DNA of 64,000 bases from Chara braunii (Eukaryota > Plantae > Charophyceae): assembly GCA_003427395.1 (NCBI GenBank), contig BFEA01000007.1:5115588-5179587 (forward strand). Reading direction: 5' to 3'. Positions 12,355-24,599 of the stretch are shown one piece after another. Numbering within the stretch: the stretch's first letter is position 1; every line of letters begins with the position of its first letter. The notes under the pieces are model-generated. The model worked only from the letters and a program-made list of their open reading frames with translations, ran no database searches and had not been told where the DNA came from. A program made the position numbers and the translations under genes.

Positions 12355-13326
12355 GGACGGGCGCCCTAAGTTGGGAAGGCTCAGATTCCTGATGTTTCTT
12401 TTGGGTTGTTGAAAACAAGACTGGGGATATTCTAAGTTGCGTAGACCCAGTTCTGTGTGTATTTTCTTCTGAGGGGGACAACGACATAAGACTAGGCGTA
12501 CCCTAAGTTGGGGCAGCCTAGCCATAAGCTATGAACCTAAAAGGGTAATCCTAAGTATAAAATACTAATATATATATATCATGGTTACCAACCGGACGTC
12601 CGGATACCGATCCGGACAGTCCGGTGTCCGGTGTCCGGTGTCCGATGTCCGGGTCCGATGTCCAGTTCAGAGGGTCCGGTTGGACCCCGATTTCAAAAAA
12701 TTCGAATTTTTTTTTGGGGGGTTCCCAGGCCGTTTACCTGGGCCTAGGGTACCCCGAAAAAATAATGGTGATGTTTTTTTAGAACCGGTACCCCAACCGG
12801 ACAGGCCCTAAAAGGGACCTCTGTGTGATAACATTGGCACACGAGTTCATTGCTTTGCTCTTATTTGGATGGAATCTTGGTGCATTTGAGCTCTTTTCTT
12901 GGTACATGACTATCTGGACTTCTGCGTGATTTTGCAACTTTATTTTCTGTCTATCGCTCTCGCTCATATTCCTTGCATTTTTGTGACGTGGGAGGAGGGT
13001 CTTGCCGATGGGAGGCGCGAGCAGGGATGGGAGGGAGATGACGGATTGGAGGGCGATGAAGGATGGGAGGGGCGAGCAGGGATCGGAGGGCGATGACGAA
13101 TGGGAGGGCGCTGAAGGATGGGAGGATGATGAAGGATGGGAGGGAGATGAAGGATGGGAGAGGCGAGCAGGGGTGGGAGGGCGATGACGCCAGATAGAGA
13201 TGAGCGACATTGGATACTGTGTTGGTGGGGCCTGAGGGCGATGACATTGGCACACCACTGCTTTCCTCTTATTTGGATGGAATCTTGGTGCATTTGAGCT
13301 CTGTGCTTGTTTTTGTTTGTTTGTTT

Positions 13327-13369
<43 letters not shown>

Positions 13370-14340
13370 TAATTCGCACAACCGAACACCGACACAACAA
13401 AATGGACTGTCAGGTTCCGGATGTCTGGATGTCCGTTTTCATGTCCGGTTAACCAGACGTTTGGTTTGATCCAGACACGGGTCCGGTGTCCGTGTCCGGT
13501 TGTCCGGGTCCGAGGCAACCATGATATATATATATTATATATGCATCTGATAGACTAACCTCCTAAGTTGGGAGGTCGGGTCAATAAGTCAGGTATGAAC
13601 AAAAAGAGAAGGAAAGCAAGTAAAGAACATAACGCGAAGGTAACCTGGGCAGGCTGAACGTACCCCTAAGTTGGGGCGGTCCAGTCCTATGCCCGTGATA
13701 ACAAAAAGAGGCAGACAATTAGTATAAAACTTTATTTTCCGTTCTAAATACAAGGCAGGGTTGGATGTCTCCCTAAGTTGGGTAGGTCAGGCTATCTGCC
13801 TAAGAAGAAAGAAAGTTATAAAGTTTGTGCAAAGTATTTACGGTTGTTTGAACTGTTGTTACGGAGGCTAAGCGTACACCTAAGTTGGGGCGGCTTAGTC
13901 ATACGTCGTCTGTAACTTGTTTAGGCAGGTCAGGCGTACCCTTAAGTTAGGGCGGTCTTGTCATATTGCCTTATGTATCTTAAACTGTTTAGGCTAACTA
14001 GGCGTACCCCTAAGTTGGGGCGGTCTAACGATATGCCCTTTGTCATTGATGTTATGTAGGTTGGACTAGGCATACCCCTAAGTTGGGGTAGTCTACCCTT
14101 ATGCCTCATATCGTCAATTAAGCAGAAGCGAGGCGTACCCCTAAGTTGGGCCGGTCGGGTCATATGCTTTATGTTCATAGTTTATGTTGGGTTGGGCATA
14201 CCCCTAAGTTGGGGCAGTCTGGACATACGTTTCCGTCATGTAAGCTAGGCATACCCCTAAGTTGGGGCAGTCTAATTGTGCGTACCCTAGTCACTTGCTT
14301 AGGCAGGTCAAGCGTACCCCTAAGTTGAGGCGGCCTGGGC
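12355..14340 (-). repeat. Array of 14 hairpin motifs (CCCC-TAAGTT-GGGG core on plus strand) with variable spacers
   Basis: TAAGTT loops at 12367, 12433, 12504, 13564, 13667, 13774, 13881, 13943, 14011, 14079, 14142, 14205, 14258 and 14321. Interrupted by the hAT element at 12580. Confidence 0.9.
12580..13523. mobile_element. Non-autonomous hAT-like DNA transposon, 944 bp
   Basis: TIRs CATGGTTACC / GGCAACCATG, 8-bp TSD ATATATAT (in a TA tract, so weak alone), dense subterminal TCCGG/CCGGAC repeats at both ends, internal GGGAGGGCGATGAAGGAT minisatellite. Confidence 0.8.
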
Positions 14341-14624
14341 TTATGCCATAGGAAAGGGGGGGTTACTAAGGGTTAAAATAACTGAGAGATTAACGAACTA
14401 CTTGGCTAAAGCAAATGCGGGATTGAGAGAGATGTTGTTTGTGCATGTTTGATCAGGGACACTTATTTGGGGCATCTCTTAATAGCTTAGTCGCTTTAGA
14501 TGCTCGTCGTGTGCTGGAGATGTAGGAGTTAGTTCAATTCCTGCATTTTCTCGGTTAAATTTATTTTACTTAGTTCGGTTTCAGCATTTTCTTAGATAAG
14601 TTTATTCATGGCTTTGTACGATTT

Positions 14625-14930
14625 TGGGAAGGCATTTTTCCTACGGGAAGCGCTGCCCAAATTTCTGCAAATCAAAGGGAGTTAGTTAAATTCTGCATTT
14701 TACAAATTCAACTTTTTGTCTGAATTCATATATAACTTAGTATAAATCTGAGAAGCCTACCTCTCTAAAGGAGATGCTGCCCAAATTTTTACTATTTCAG
14801 GGAGTTGGACAAAAAGTGGCTTTGTAAAAATCAGAGTTAATTTTTATCTTGTATTTAACTTTGTATAAATTATGGGAAGACACTTTTCTTATGGGAAGCG
14901 CTGCCAAAAATTTATGTATTTTAGAGGAGT
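14625..14930 (-). repeat. ~120-bp diverged repeat in LTR family 1 (copy A)
   Basis: Recurring GGGAAGCGCTGCCCAAATTT...GGAGTT units. Counterpart at 46030-46570 in reverse complement. Confidence 0.7.
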
Positions 14931-14938
14931 TATGATAT

Positions 14939-15191
14939 TATAGACTGTGTAGCACACCGAACAAAAACTTTTTTTTTGGTTTTTGATTTTTAACTCCAGT
15001 TTGGTTACGAATTTAACCATACCTCCAAGGCAAAAGTTGTTTGTATTATTATTTTACATAACATATATTTTTTTCAAATGCTTTGGAGATTGTTTTATTT
15101 TTTTTTAAATATTTTTATGTTCGCGTTCGAGAAATTCGGCGCTCGTTCGCGTTCGGTCACTGAACCCGAACACGATGCTACACAGATTATA
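14939..15191. mobile_element. Small MITE-like insertion, ~250 bp
   Basis: Inverted repeat CTGTGTAGCA (14945-14954) / TGCTACACAG (15176-15185), extendable to TATA ends. Subterminal TTCG/CGAA motifs. No counterpart seen in LTR copy B. Confidence 0.5.
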
Positions 15192-15805
15192 AACCTGAGA
15201 ATTCGACAGTCGGCCCTCATTTAGGGGATGTACTGCTGAAATTCCTGACATTTTTTAATAAACATCAGAGGCTAGTTAGAAAGGTAGGATTATTTCATAA
15301 TCACTCACGCATGGCTTGGGCACTGACCTGTGCTGCATTCCAAGTCACCGTTATTCAAATTGATTCAAGGTTTGACTAGTTTCAAGCTGATCCTACGAGG
15401 ATCATTTTCTATTATCCTTTGATAACAGGTCGGTTTCCGGCTCAACTCTAATTCATTCTCGCTTGTATGGATAAGGCAAAGGGTTGTGAGTACAGAGAAT
15501 GGTTAAAGTTGACCTCGTGTAGTGCGTGTTTTGTTGATGTGGAACCTTTGATGTGGTTGCAGGTATGATTGTGGTTCGGACTCTGGATTTGACTTGCCTG
15601 CGATCACATTTATATTTTTGAGGGAAGTCACACTGTGATTGTGGGAAGTGATCGTCTCGTGTCTTATGGCCCATATATATATATATGTATATATATAGTC
15701 AAACAAAGTTGGCCGGTAAACCATGGGCAAAGAGGGAGAAAATGACAACAAACGAAGGGTTGTGGCAAACTGTTTCGTCGAAGTTTCACCAACTCATCAG
15801 GAGGC

Positions 15806-15856
<51 letters not shown>

Positions 15857-16885
15857 TAGGCTACCAGAGTGGCCCCGGGTCACTTGCTCGGCCGAGTCAA
15901 AAAACAATTAAAAATTAAAATTAAAATAAAAAAATTATTTTTTATTTTTTATTCTAAATTTGGTGAAGAATTTTGATGTAACCCTGAGGCAAAAGTTGTG
16001 TAGTTTATTTTTCTGCATAACACAGTTTTTTTTTCAGAGTTTTTGGATTTTTTTTATTTTTTTTTTGGCTGGGACCTTCCCTGGTCCTTCCACGGGCTGG
16101 CCAAGAGCTTTTATAGTTGGACGTTGGAGTTCATGGCAGCCGTCAAAGTCAAACCCCTTGATTTCTCTCCAGGCCCTGGACGATGGAGCTTATTTCCAAG
16201 GCCACGAGAGCTCACTGCCACCGCAGGTTGGAACCTGTGTACCACCCACTCTCCGCAGGGTGCAGAAGAGGGTGTGGTGATCGACAACCGCCAAGCGTCG
16301 AGAGATTAACCCCTCAAGGAGCGTGTCAGCTGACACTTGAATGTCGAACGTGACCCTCGAGATCATCGAGGATCGTGTGATTTTCGTGTTAACAGGTTAT
16401 GGGTTGGATACTGAAGGGGCTAGGAGAGTTTCGTTATTGTGTGTGTATCTTAATTTTTAGTGTGGTGTAACACGTGGTGAGTGGAATGCGTCCTAGTCGA
16501 CCGACGACGAGTCGTGCTTGGGACCTCAACCCCCCAATGCGTCGATTCGCGTGTGGGTTCGATTGCGGGGCGTTGACCGCGCATACCCCCTATGCTACAA
16601 CAAACGAGAAACGCCCTCGGTCGGACCACCTCTGCGATTGCATATGAAAAACCTTCGCATGTGGTTCGGTAGCTCGGCAGGGATACACCCACCCAAGGGA
16701 TGGTGACAGCTCCCGCGGGTAGAGGTAAGTTGTGCCTCGCGTGACCCTATCCTATTGTAGGGGCTCGCGAGAGGTACAGCTGGTGCACTCGGCCGGAGCA
16801 GCAAACCGCGCTCTACAACGAAGTCCTGCAAAATCCTGCGTGACGCGGCCGGGAGGGTCCCCCCGAGGGACCGATACGCTCGACA

Positions 16886-17945
16886 GCGGGGAAAACACGC
16901 AAGTGGTGGGGAAAGAGGCCCGTGACACTAAGAACAACAGAAAACACTCAAGTAGTAGGTAGGCCGGTACCACACCAAGTAGAGGTAGATGTGCCGGGTA
17001 CTCGAGGCCGAGCAAGAAAACACAAAAGTTGGCATTTTCAAAGGCCTAATAGTTGTAGGCTAGGTCTAGGCGGGTACCAGTCCAACCAGTATGAGTCTAT
17101 GGCCTGTACGGGCAAAATCAGAGTCTGCAATGATGTTTCCCTCTGAAAGGGAGGAGATAAGGGTTGCTTGGACGTCGCACGGCCTAGAAAGTCACTCGCG
17201 AAGAGGCAAGCAGGCCGCTATATCTCCAGAAGGAGCAAGGTGCTCCTCCTCATTATCGGTGTGCAAGTTTGGTGTGACACTAGTTGGAGCGCTGACTAGA
17301 GCAGCGCTGCTGGGGAGGAGCAAGGGCAGGAGGAGGAAGAAGACCAGCACTAGGAGGGAGGAGCACCAGAGGTACTTACCTGGCTATGGTGGATACCATC
17401 TTCATCACCTTGGTGGGCGCTGCATTTAGGGGCTATGGTGGATACCATCTTCATCACCTTGGTGGGCGCTGCATTTGGAAGGCCCCCGTTGGGGTAGAGC
17501 TGCACCAAGAAGCTTCGAGGCAGAGTCGGGCATGGTGGCCTGAGCTAGAGCAACCATAGCTGCTTTGTGTTGTCCTTAAAACAACAGAGTGTCGCCCTGG
17601 TAGTCCGCCAGAGCCTCAGTCGTGCAAGGAGGAAGAAGGGTGACCATGGCTATGGTGAACCTCATGTGATGCCTGTAGTAGAAGAGGGATTCAGACATTG
17701 ATTCCGGTTCAGCCATTCAACATTATTATTATTATTTCTTGTTTGAATAAGAGAGGAGAAGATAAGGAGGAGGGGAGAGGTTGGCGAAGAAGAAGAGCAT
17801 TATCATTGGTCTATATTGTTGTACATCTTCTTCTTCTTCTTCTTCTCTCCCTCTCTTTCATTTCGTTTTGTAATTGGACGACATTGTACTTTCTGATGAA
17901 TGCGTACTTCAAAATTGGCCAGGATCATAACATTGGTATTAGAGC
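16886..17945 (+). mobile_element. 5'-truncated LTR (ends 17932) and tRNA-iMet PBS (17934-17945) of a chromovirus-like element
   Basis: ...GATCATAACA-T-TGGTATTAGAGC (one mismatch to TGGTATCAGAGC). Motifs shared with the solo LTR at 5000-5978. 48-bp tandem duplication at ~17379-17477. Confidence 0.7.
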
Positions 17946-19277
17946 GGATTCTACTGGCTAGGGAGAGTTGACTTTGTCGGTCCAATCCTAACCTAAGTGG
18001 AGGGCTAACAACTTAGGCTTAGGGCTGGAAGTTGAGGGAAGCGGGGCAGCGTGGTTAAGGGAAGCTGCCCACACCTGGTTAGGTCGTGTTGGGTCGACAC
18101 TGGACCTAACTGGGTTGTGTGAGAATAAAATTGGAGTGGCGAGACACTTCGAGAAGACTTCGTGCGACATTTGGGAGAGGCATCGGTGAGAGGCACTCGC
18201 ACCTGGAATCTGATTCAAGGGAGACACTTGGCGACTTTAGGGCTTCCCTCAAGCAGGCGAGCTTGAGGAAAGCAGTCATTCTGCATCTACAGACTGCAAG
18301 TTGCTACTTTGTTCTTCAACATCGGTGGGGAATCCGTCGTTGCACTTTGGTGTTGGAGTCAGCCGCTCCTAGTAGACAGGACACTAGTGTAGGGGTTGCG
18401 TTAAAAGGGTCAGGAGGACCATAAGAGAGGGGGGTGAGTTATATTCATCTCGAAGCTCAGGCCACTCAAGTAAGTGTCGTGCACCTACGGGATGCCCTTG
18501 TATGTGTGTCCATGGTATTGATTGCCTGTTAGGGTTGCACTGGGTTTCTTTTCCTACTCCTTTGTGGGCTTGATTTGTGAATCTGAGGATGCAAACTGTT
18601 TTCTCACCTGATGGATAAAGAGATGTGGTATCTTGCTTTGGATGTCGTATTTTGCTACAGTGCATTCTCTTTATCTCTGAACGCGTGTAGACTATAGGTT
18701 CTTTCTCAAGTTGAAATTCGTTTTCAAGTTCGGTAGAGGTAGAAAGTAGGTCCATGTGGGACTCTTCTTGGTTGGTACTTGGTGACGACCTACTTGGGAC
18801 CTTCTGGGTACCCAGTGGGACCAGACTCAAGCAAGTAGGGCCCCTTAGGCCCAAATCTGTTTGCCGTTAGATCATTCTCTTTCTATATGGGATGCAAAAT
18901 TGTATTCTTTGGTTAGAGCACTCGCAGCCGAGGGGATCTCGACTGAGATGTTTTGTATACTTTGACCGCACGGTCCGTAGCTTGACTCGCACCTTATACA
19001 CCACTCAATTCTTCATTGTTGCATGGCGTTACTCGATGTTTGAATTTGCTATATGATCACGAAACAGATCAGAATGGACTCGAAGAGATCTTGTATTCGG
19101 TCTGATCAGGCCGAGACTCTGGATCAGAACACTCATCTGAATTACCTTCTTTTTTTGGGGGGGTTGCTCTCTAGTCCAAATGTAATGTCGCTCCGTCTAG
19201 GAGTTCTATCTTTTCTTCTTTGAGGTTTTCAATTTGTTTCTTTTTCTAAGTTCATATTTCGATGCTCGTATAGACTC

Positions 19278-20650
19278 GTGGACAAAAGGAAGAGAGAGGG
19301 AGAAGGGAGAGAGAGAGCACCCGTCAGGAGGGACTTGCTGAAATGGCAGCAGCAAAGGCTTTTGTGGTGCCAACTGGATGCAGCCAACGAAGAGGACAAA
19401 CCATTATTCCAAGTCCTTTACAACAAGGCACTAGAGAGAGAAGAGAAGGCAGAGGAGGGAAAGCGGAAAACCGTTGTTGCGGACCACGAGGCTATTTTTA
19501 AAGCAGTCCTTTCCTTGCCCGACACTAAGGTCAAGAAAGATCTGGTCACATATGTGCGTGCTCTCATAGATTGTCACCTACTCGGTGAAACTGCTGGTAA
19601 GATTGCTAAACTTTTTTACCAGGTAAGTGAACTGTGGATGCAAATTGCGGATATGGCCAAGGAGCACAGTGATCAGATGCAGAAGATGGCAAATTTGCAT
19701 CACGCCCAGATCCCAAATTCTCTTCCTCTACCTTCTGCCTCAAATGCTGCTAACCAATTTGTCCTTGCCCCTCTCCATGCCTTCTACCTCTTCGTCTCTA
19801 AGTGTGGTTCAATTGGACCTCCAGTAGGTGCAGACCCCACTGCCGCTTCAACAAGTGACAACGCAGGGATTTCTGCAACTGCTGCAGCCTTGAGTTCAGA
19901 CACAACATTTGCTGGTGCCGATTATAGCAGTCCCTTCGTGGACAAAAGGCGGTACAAGTACCGTTTAAGTACGACAACAAGGAAGACGTGGAGTCCTGGA
20001 TCAGCTCCATGAGAACCTACTTCAAGGTACTGGGAACTCAGTTGATGAGCCAGTCCTTGATCATGGGGACCAACGTCGAACCCGCCATACGGGGCTCTTT
20101 AGAAGTCCAAGCTTACAAGTCGGGTACATTAAGCTTAATATGACGCAGTGGCTCAGGGTGACACCTGTAACCACACTAGAAGAAATATTGATTAAACAAT
20201 ACAAAGATCCACATGCTGGTGCCAGGAACAAGCTTGACAGTCTCAAGTGCGGCAAGTGGATGGGCACCATGCACAAACTGCAATTGTATGTAAGAAAACT
20301 TTTTGCTACTCCCTGGTTGGATATGACTGCACAGTCATGCATGGATGTTGTGAAAGTTGCAGTTCCCACTGCTTACACACATTGCCTAGGCCAAGATCTC
20401 ATTGGATACATGGACTGGCTCTCACTCATGCAGGATGTAGTCAGCCTCGTTTCCACAGCAGGCAACAAGAAGCCTATAGGCGGCAAGCGGTTTAGAGGCA
20501 GGAACTGCTTTGTTGTGCATGAACTGTTGGAGGCTGAGGAGGAGGCTTATGCAGATGATCCCACTCTTGATGACAATCAAGAACAAGAGTCTGATATAAC
20601 CTGTTCATCTTCAGCCCATGAATCTGATATCAACAATGACGAAGACAAAC
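19278..20650 (+). pseudogene. Degenerate Gypsy gag
   Basis: Frameshifted ORFs 19278-20012 and 20140-20650 (..DVESWISSMRTYF.., LEEILIKQYKDPHAGARNKL..), downstream of the PBS and upstream of RT. Confidence 0.7.
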
Positions 20651-21243
20651 TTGATGCCTTTCGGTCTCAGGAACGCACCAACCACCTTTCGAAGTCTCAT
20701 GGACAAGGTGCTCTGCGAAAACATTGGTCGATTTGTGGTTGTGTATTTGGATCAGAGAGCGCAAACGGGTAACCGTTACCCGTACCCGGTCGTACCCAAC
20801 TGTAACCGCTAGGTTACGGTTGGGTATGGGTAGGCACAAACAAAAGGTGGTGGTTGTTAGGGCGAGCACAATTGCCCTTTTCGGAGATCATGGGTGGGTA
20901 GGGGCAGGTAGGGGTAGGGGTACAAAAAAAAAACGGGTACGGGCGGCCAGAAAAAAAAATAGACGGGTATGGGCAGGTACGGGTGCCAAAAAAAAAAAGG
21001 GGTACAGGTGGGTAGAGGTTCCGATCAGGTGACTGTGCTATACCCGATGTGAGTCTTGTAGCTTTGTAGGCTTTGTATTTTTGCTCAAGCGTGACACTTT
21101 TCTTATACTCCAAATTTCTCGTTTTCCCATGACGCAAACGTTTTTTCTCGCAAGGGGAAATTTTATATCTCTTCATTTTTTTATTTTTTGTTTTTCAAAA
21201 TTTCGGACGATTTTCATATTTGTGTAACCCTATGTATGTAATA

Positions 21244-21297
<54 letters not shown>

Positions 21298-24200
21298 AGT
21301 GGGTGTGTGTATGTGTGTGTGTGTGCATGTGAGTGTGTGTGCATGTGTGTGTGTGTATGTGTGTGCGACAGACTGAGGGTTGTTGTATTTGCAAATGCTA
21401 TACAGGTTGCATAGGCTGCTGTAGCACCAGATGCATCCATAGCAGCATCAAAGTGACGAGATGTAACTGTTGCTTTTGCGGTAGTAGCTGCAACAACTGC
21501 CACAACTCGAAAAAAATAAAAAAAAAGGTAACAATACTAATATTAGTCTAATAATAATAAATATTACCAGTAAAAAAAAAAAAAGGTTAGGGGGTTAGGA
21601 ATAGTTGGGGGGGTTAAGGACAACTAGGGGCGGTTAGGGGCGGTAAAAAAAAAAAAAAGGTTAGGGGCGGTTAGGGATAGTTAGGGACAGTTAGGGGCGG
21701 TTAGGGACAATTAGGGGCAGTTAAGGACAGTTAGGGGNNNNNNNNNNNNNNNNNNNNNNNNNNNNNNNNNNNNNNNNNNNNNNNNNNNNNNNNNNNNNNN
21801 NNNNNNNNNNNNNNNNNNNNNNNNNNNNNNNNNNNNNNNNNNNNNNNNNNNNNNNNNNNNNNNNNNNNNNNNGGTTTGGGTTCGGGTAGCCATGGGTGGT
21901 TTTGAAAAAAATGCTCATGGGTAGGTATGGTCAGTTACATGCTGAAGAGGTTCAGGGTATAGTTTTTTTTTTTTTTTAGCAGGTGGAGATGGGTAAAGGT
22001 CCGGCAGGCCACGTATACAATGGGTATGGGTGGTTGGTTTTCAAAGAGGGCGTGGTTAGGTCAGGTACAGGTATTCGTAAAAATCCCAGTTGCGAACTCT
22101 GATTTGGATGACATTATGATTTTCAGCAAATCGATCGAGGAACACATGAAGCACCTTGAGGAAGTCTTCACTATCCTCAAGAAAACGCAGCTCCATCTTA
22201 ACTTAGAGAAATCTGAGTTCGGGAGGGACAGCGTCATCTATCTTGGGCACCGGTTGTCTGCTGTAGGCCTTGAGCATGAGGCAACCAAGCTTGAGGTCAT
22301 ACGCATGTGGCCTCAACCCGCGAATGTTCGCGAATTCCATTTTTTTCTTGGTCTTCCATCATACTACCGGAAGTCCGTGCCCCGATTTTCTATTGTTGCT
22401 CGCCAGCTGTCCAAACTAACAAGCAAAATGTATGTTACACGTGGGATGCAACATGTGAGACCGCTTTTCAAGCCTTGAAAGAGGCCTTGGTAAGTTATCA
22501 TGTGCTCCGCATTGCAGATTCCAAACTCGCATTCGTAGTCACTACGGATGCAAGCCAGTATGGGATTGGTGCAATGCTGCAACAAGCTGATGGTGACGGT
22601 TTGCGGCCGCTTGAATACTACAACAAACACATGCCCAGCGAAAAGGTAGCCACTTCCACCTCCATGCGCAAGCTCTATGCTCTACACGAAACATTGAACC
22701 ATTGGAAGCACCATCTTTTGGGACGTTGTTTCAACGTCTTCTCAGATTATGAGACCTTGACATGGATCAAGAAGCAAACCATCCTGTCCCCCACATTGAC
22801 TCGCGGATTCCATGAGATTGACATCTTTGACTTTGAATTAAAACACAAAAAAGGGTTGTTATAATCCAGTTGTTGACGCAATGTCTCGCCACCTCGATCA
22901 TATGACTTTCCTTGTGAACTCCTATGACCTCAAAAAGATACTGAAGGAGGAACTTGTGGAGCGAACTACCAAGGATACAAACCTTGGTCCAATCCTCGAG
23001 CAACCGTGGTGACCCCAGCGGTCCGCCTGATTTTCACGAATGCGAAGGACCGGTTTTTCGACGTTACGGAAATAATTCATTTGTCTGCACAAACTTTCCT
23101 TAGACTTGGCTCACGGTCAGAGTGGACAATGTGACATGGCAAAGATTTACGAAAACCTACTACAACAGTTTGATTGGCCTAGTATGAAAGGATTTACGGA
23201 AACCTACTACAACAGTTTGATTGGCCTAGTATGAAAGGATCTGCTGAGAAGTTTGTGGTTGAGTGTCAAGTTCGTCAATGAATCAAACCATCAAGACAAA
23301 AGTTCATGGGGCAGCTTAAACCTCTTCCCATTCCCAGCGGTCCAGAGAGTCTCTCTATCAACTTCTCGGACATGGGAAAGACAAGTAAGAATATACACAA
23401 GTGATGGTGATTGTTGATTGATTCTCCAATTTCGTGAACCTGATTCCATTACCACATCATGCCCCAGGTAAACTTGTGATCCACGAGTTCCACCAGAAGT
23501 TCATTCTGCAGTTCGGGACCCCGAAAACCCTTGTGAGCGATCGGGACCCGAGCTTCATAAGTATTGAATGGGAGGACTTCACGTCCCAACCCCCTAGCCT
23601 CAAACTGAGCATGACATATGGTCGACATCCGAAGCCAACAGTTTGGTTGATGACATATTAATCAGACCGTGTTTCAACTTCCCCATGCCTTAATTATTCC
23701 GGATCAGGAAACGTGGGATGAAAAACTACATTCGGTCAATGGGTTGTACAACAACTCAATCCATTCTTCCACCAGCATGACGCCAAACGGGCTGCATTAC
23801 GGATGGCAGATTCGTAATCCGCTCTCCTACTTATTCCTGAACAGCCGGCTGGACTAACGCATGGCAGACCTGGCTTCATCGCCAAGTATGGTCACTTGCT
23901 CAAGGTTGCCATTGCAACAATGACCAAACGATAACACGCCATGATCCATCATGCAAATAAGAAGCGCACACCTTCGACTATCGAAGTGGGAAGTTATATA
24001 TGGGTCAAGATGTCTGAGTTTTCAGAAGAAGAGGGAGTGTCACGCAAACTTCTCCCTCTCTATTACGGTCCGTGGGAAGTCTTGGATGTGCTTGGGGATG
24101 ATAAGTTCGGTCCGTCATACGTAATTGTCATGCCTCCTCATTTGCGCGCGTACCCAGTCTTTCATGCATAAAAGTTGTTTATACATCATGATGCTAAATC

Positions 24201-24420
24201 CTTCGACTATCGTGAAGGCATGATCCGTCGTGCAATCAATGGCGGTCACAAGATCGATAGAATTAAAAGACGCGTAGAGGAAGGACGTAAAAAACAATAC
24301 CAGATTCATTTCATGTATCACCCGTTGGACGATCTTTATTGGATCTCAAAGAAAGAACTGCAGCGCAGCGCATTTCGCGTTGTTGAAGCATACGAGCGAC
24401 AGATAGCCTCTAATGCTGTA
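20651..24420 (+). pseudogene. Degenerate chromovirus pol (RT C-half, RNase H, integrase, chromodomain), split by a hAT insertion
   Basis: MPFGLRNAPTTF...VVVYLD|DIMIFSKS...LGH; VVTTDASQYGIGAML; SDRDPSF; KLLPLYYGPWEV...PVFH; chromodomain-like IDRIKRR...QYQIHFMYHPLDDLYWISKKEL. Many stops and frameshifts. Confidence 0.9.
20753..22101. mobile_element. Non-autonomous hAT-like element, ~1.35 kb including a gap
   Basis: Perfect 8-bp TSD ATTTGGAT (20745-20752, 22102-22109), TIRs CAGAGAGCGCAA / TTGCGAACTCTG, subterminal ACGGGT/GGGTA motifs, internal (GT)n and TTAGGG-rich tracts. Confidence 0.92.
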
Positions 24421-24538
24421 CCAAAATTTTATGCAAAACTCACTACTACTGAGAACTCACGAAATCTCTTTGCTATGTTCGCTTACGATGCGTTTGTCGG
24501 GGACTCAGAACGAGTTACTCGCTCGAAAGGACCTCGCC

Positions 24539-24560
24539 AGGGGGTAGTGTAATGACCTGT
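24539..24560 (+). mobile_element. Polypurine tract and probable start of a 3' LTR (TGTAATGACC at 24548)
   Basis: AGGGGGTAG immediately followed by TGTAA, shortly after the chromodomain. Confidence 0.6.
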
Positions 24561-24599
24561 CAAACACAAACTGAGACACACAACCGATTTTTGAGTTTT

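Larger units (their letters stand above)
6269..16885 (-). mobile_element. Giant LTR, family 1 copy A (with nested MITEs, rRNA fragments and an assembly gap)
   Basis: Both ends and many internal blocks match the reverse complement of 44263-51016 (6280-6350 vs 50940-51010; 11830-12130 vs 47845-48150; 15430-15660 vs 45365-45600; 16460-16885 vs 44263-44730). Homology stops exactly at GCTCGACA/TGTCGAGC. No matching TSD. Confidence 0.75.

Noticed and set aside
13860-14340. Bona fide CRISPR array
   Set aside because: Repeats are degenerate, spacers partly pair with repeat flanks, there are no cas genes, and the context is a eukaryotic LTR. Reported as a hairpin array instead.
21587-21737. Telomere or interstitial telomeric array
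   Set aside because: The period is 10 bp, not 6-7, and the tract lies inside a TSD-bounded transposon.
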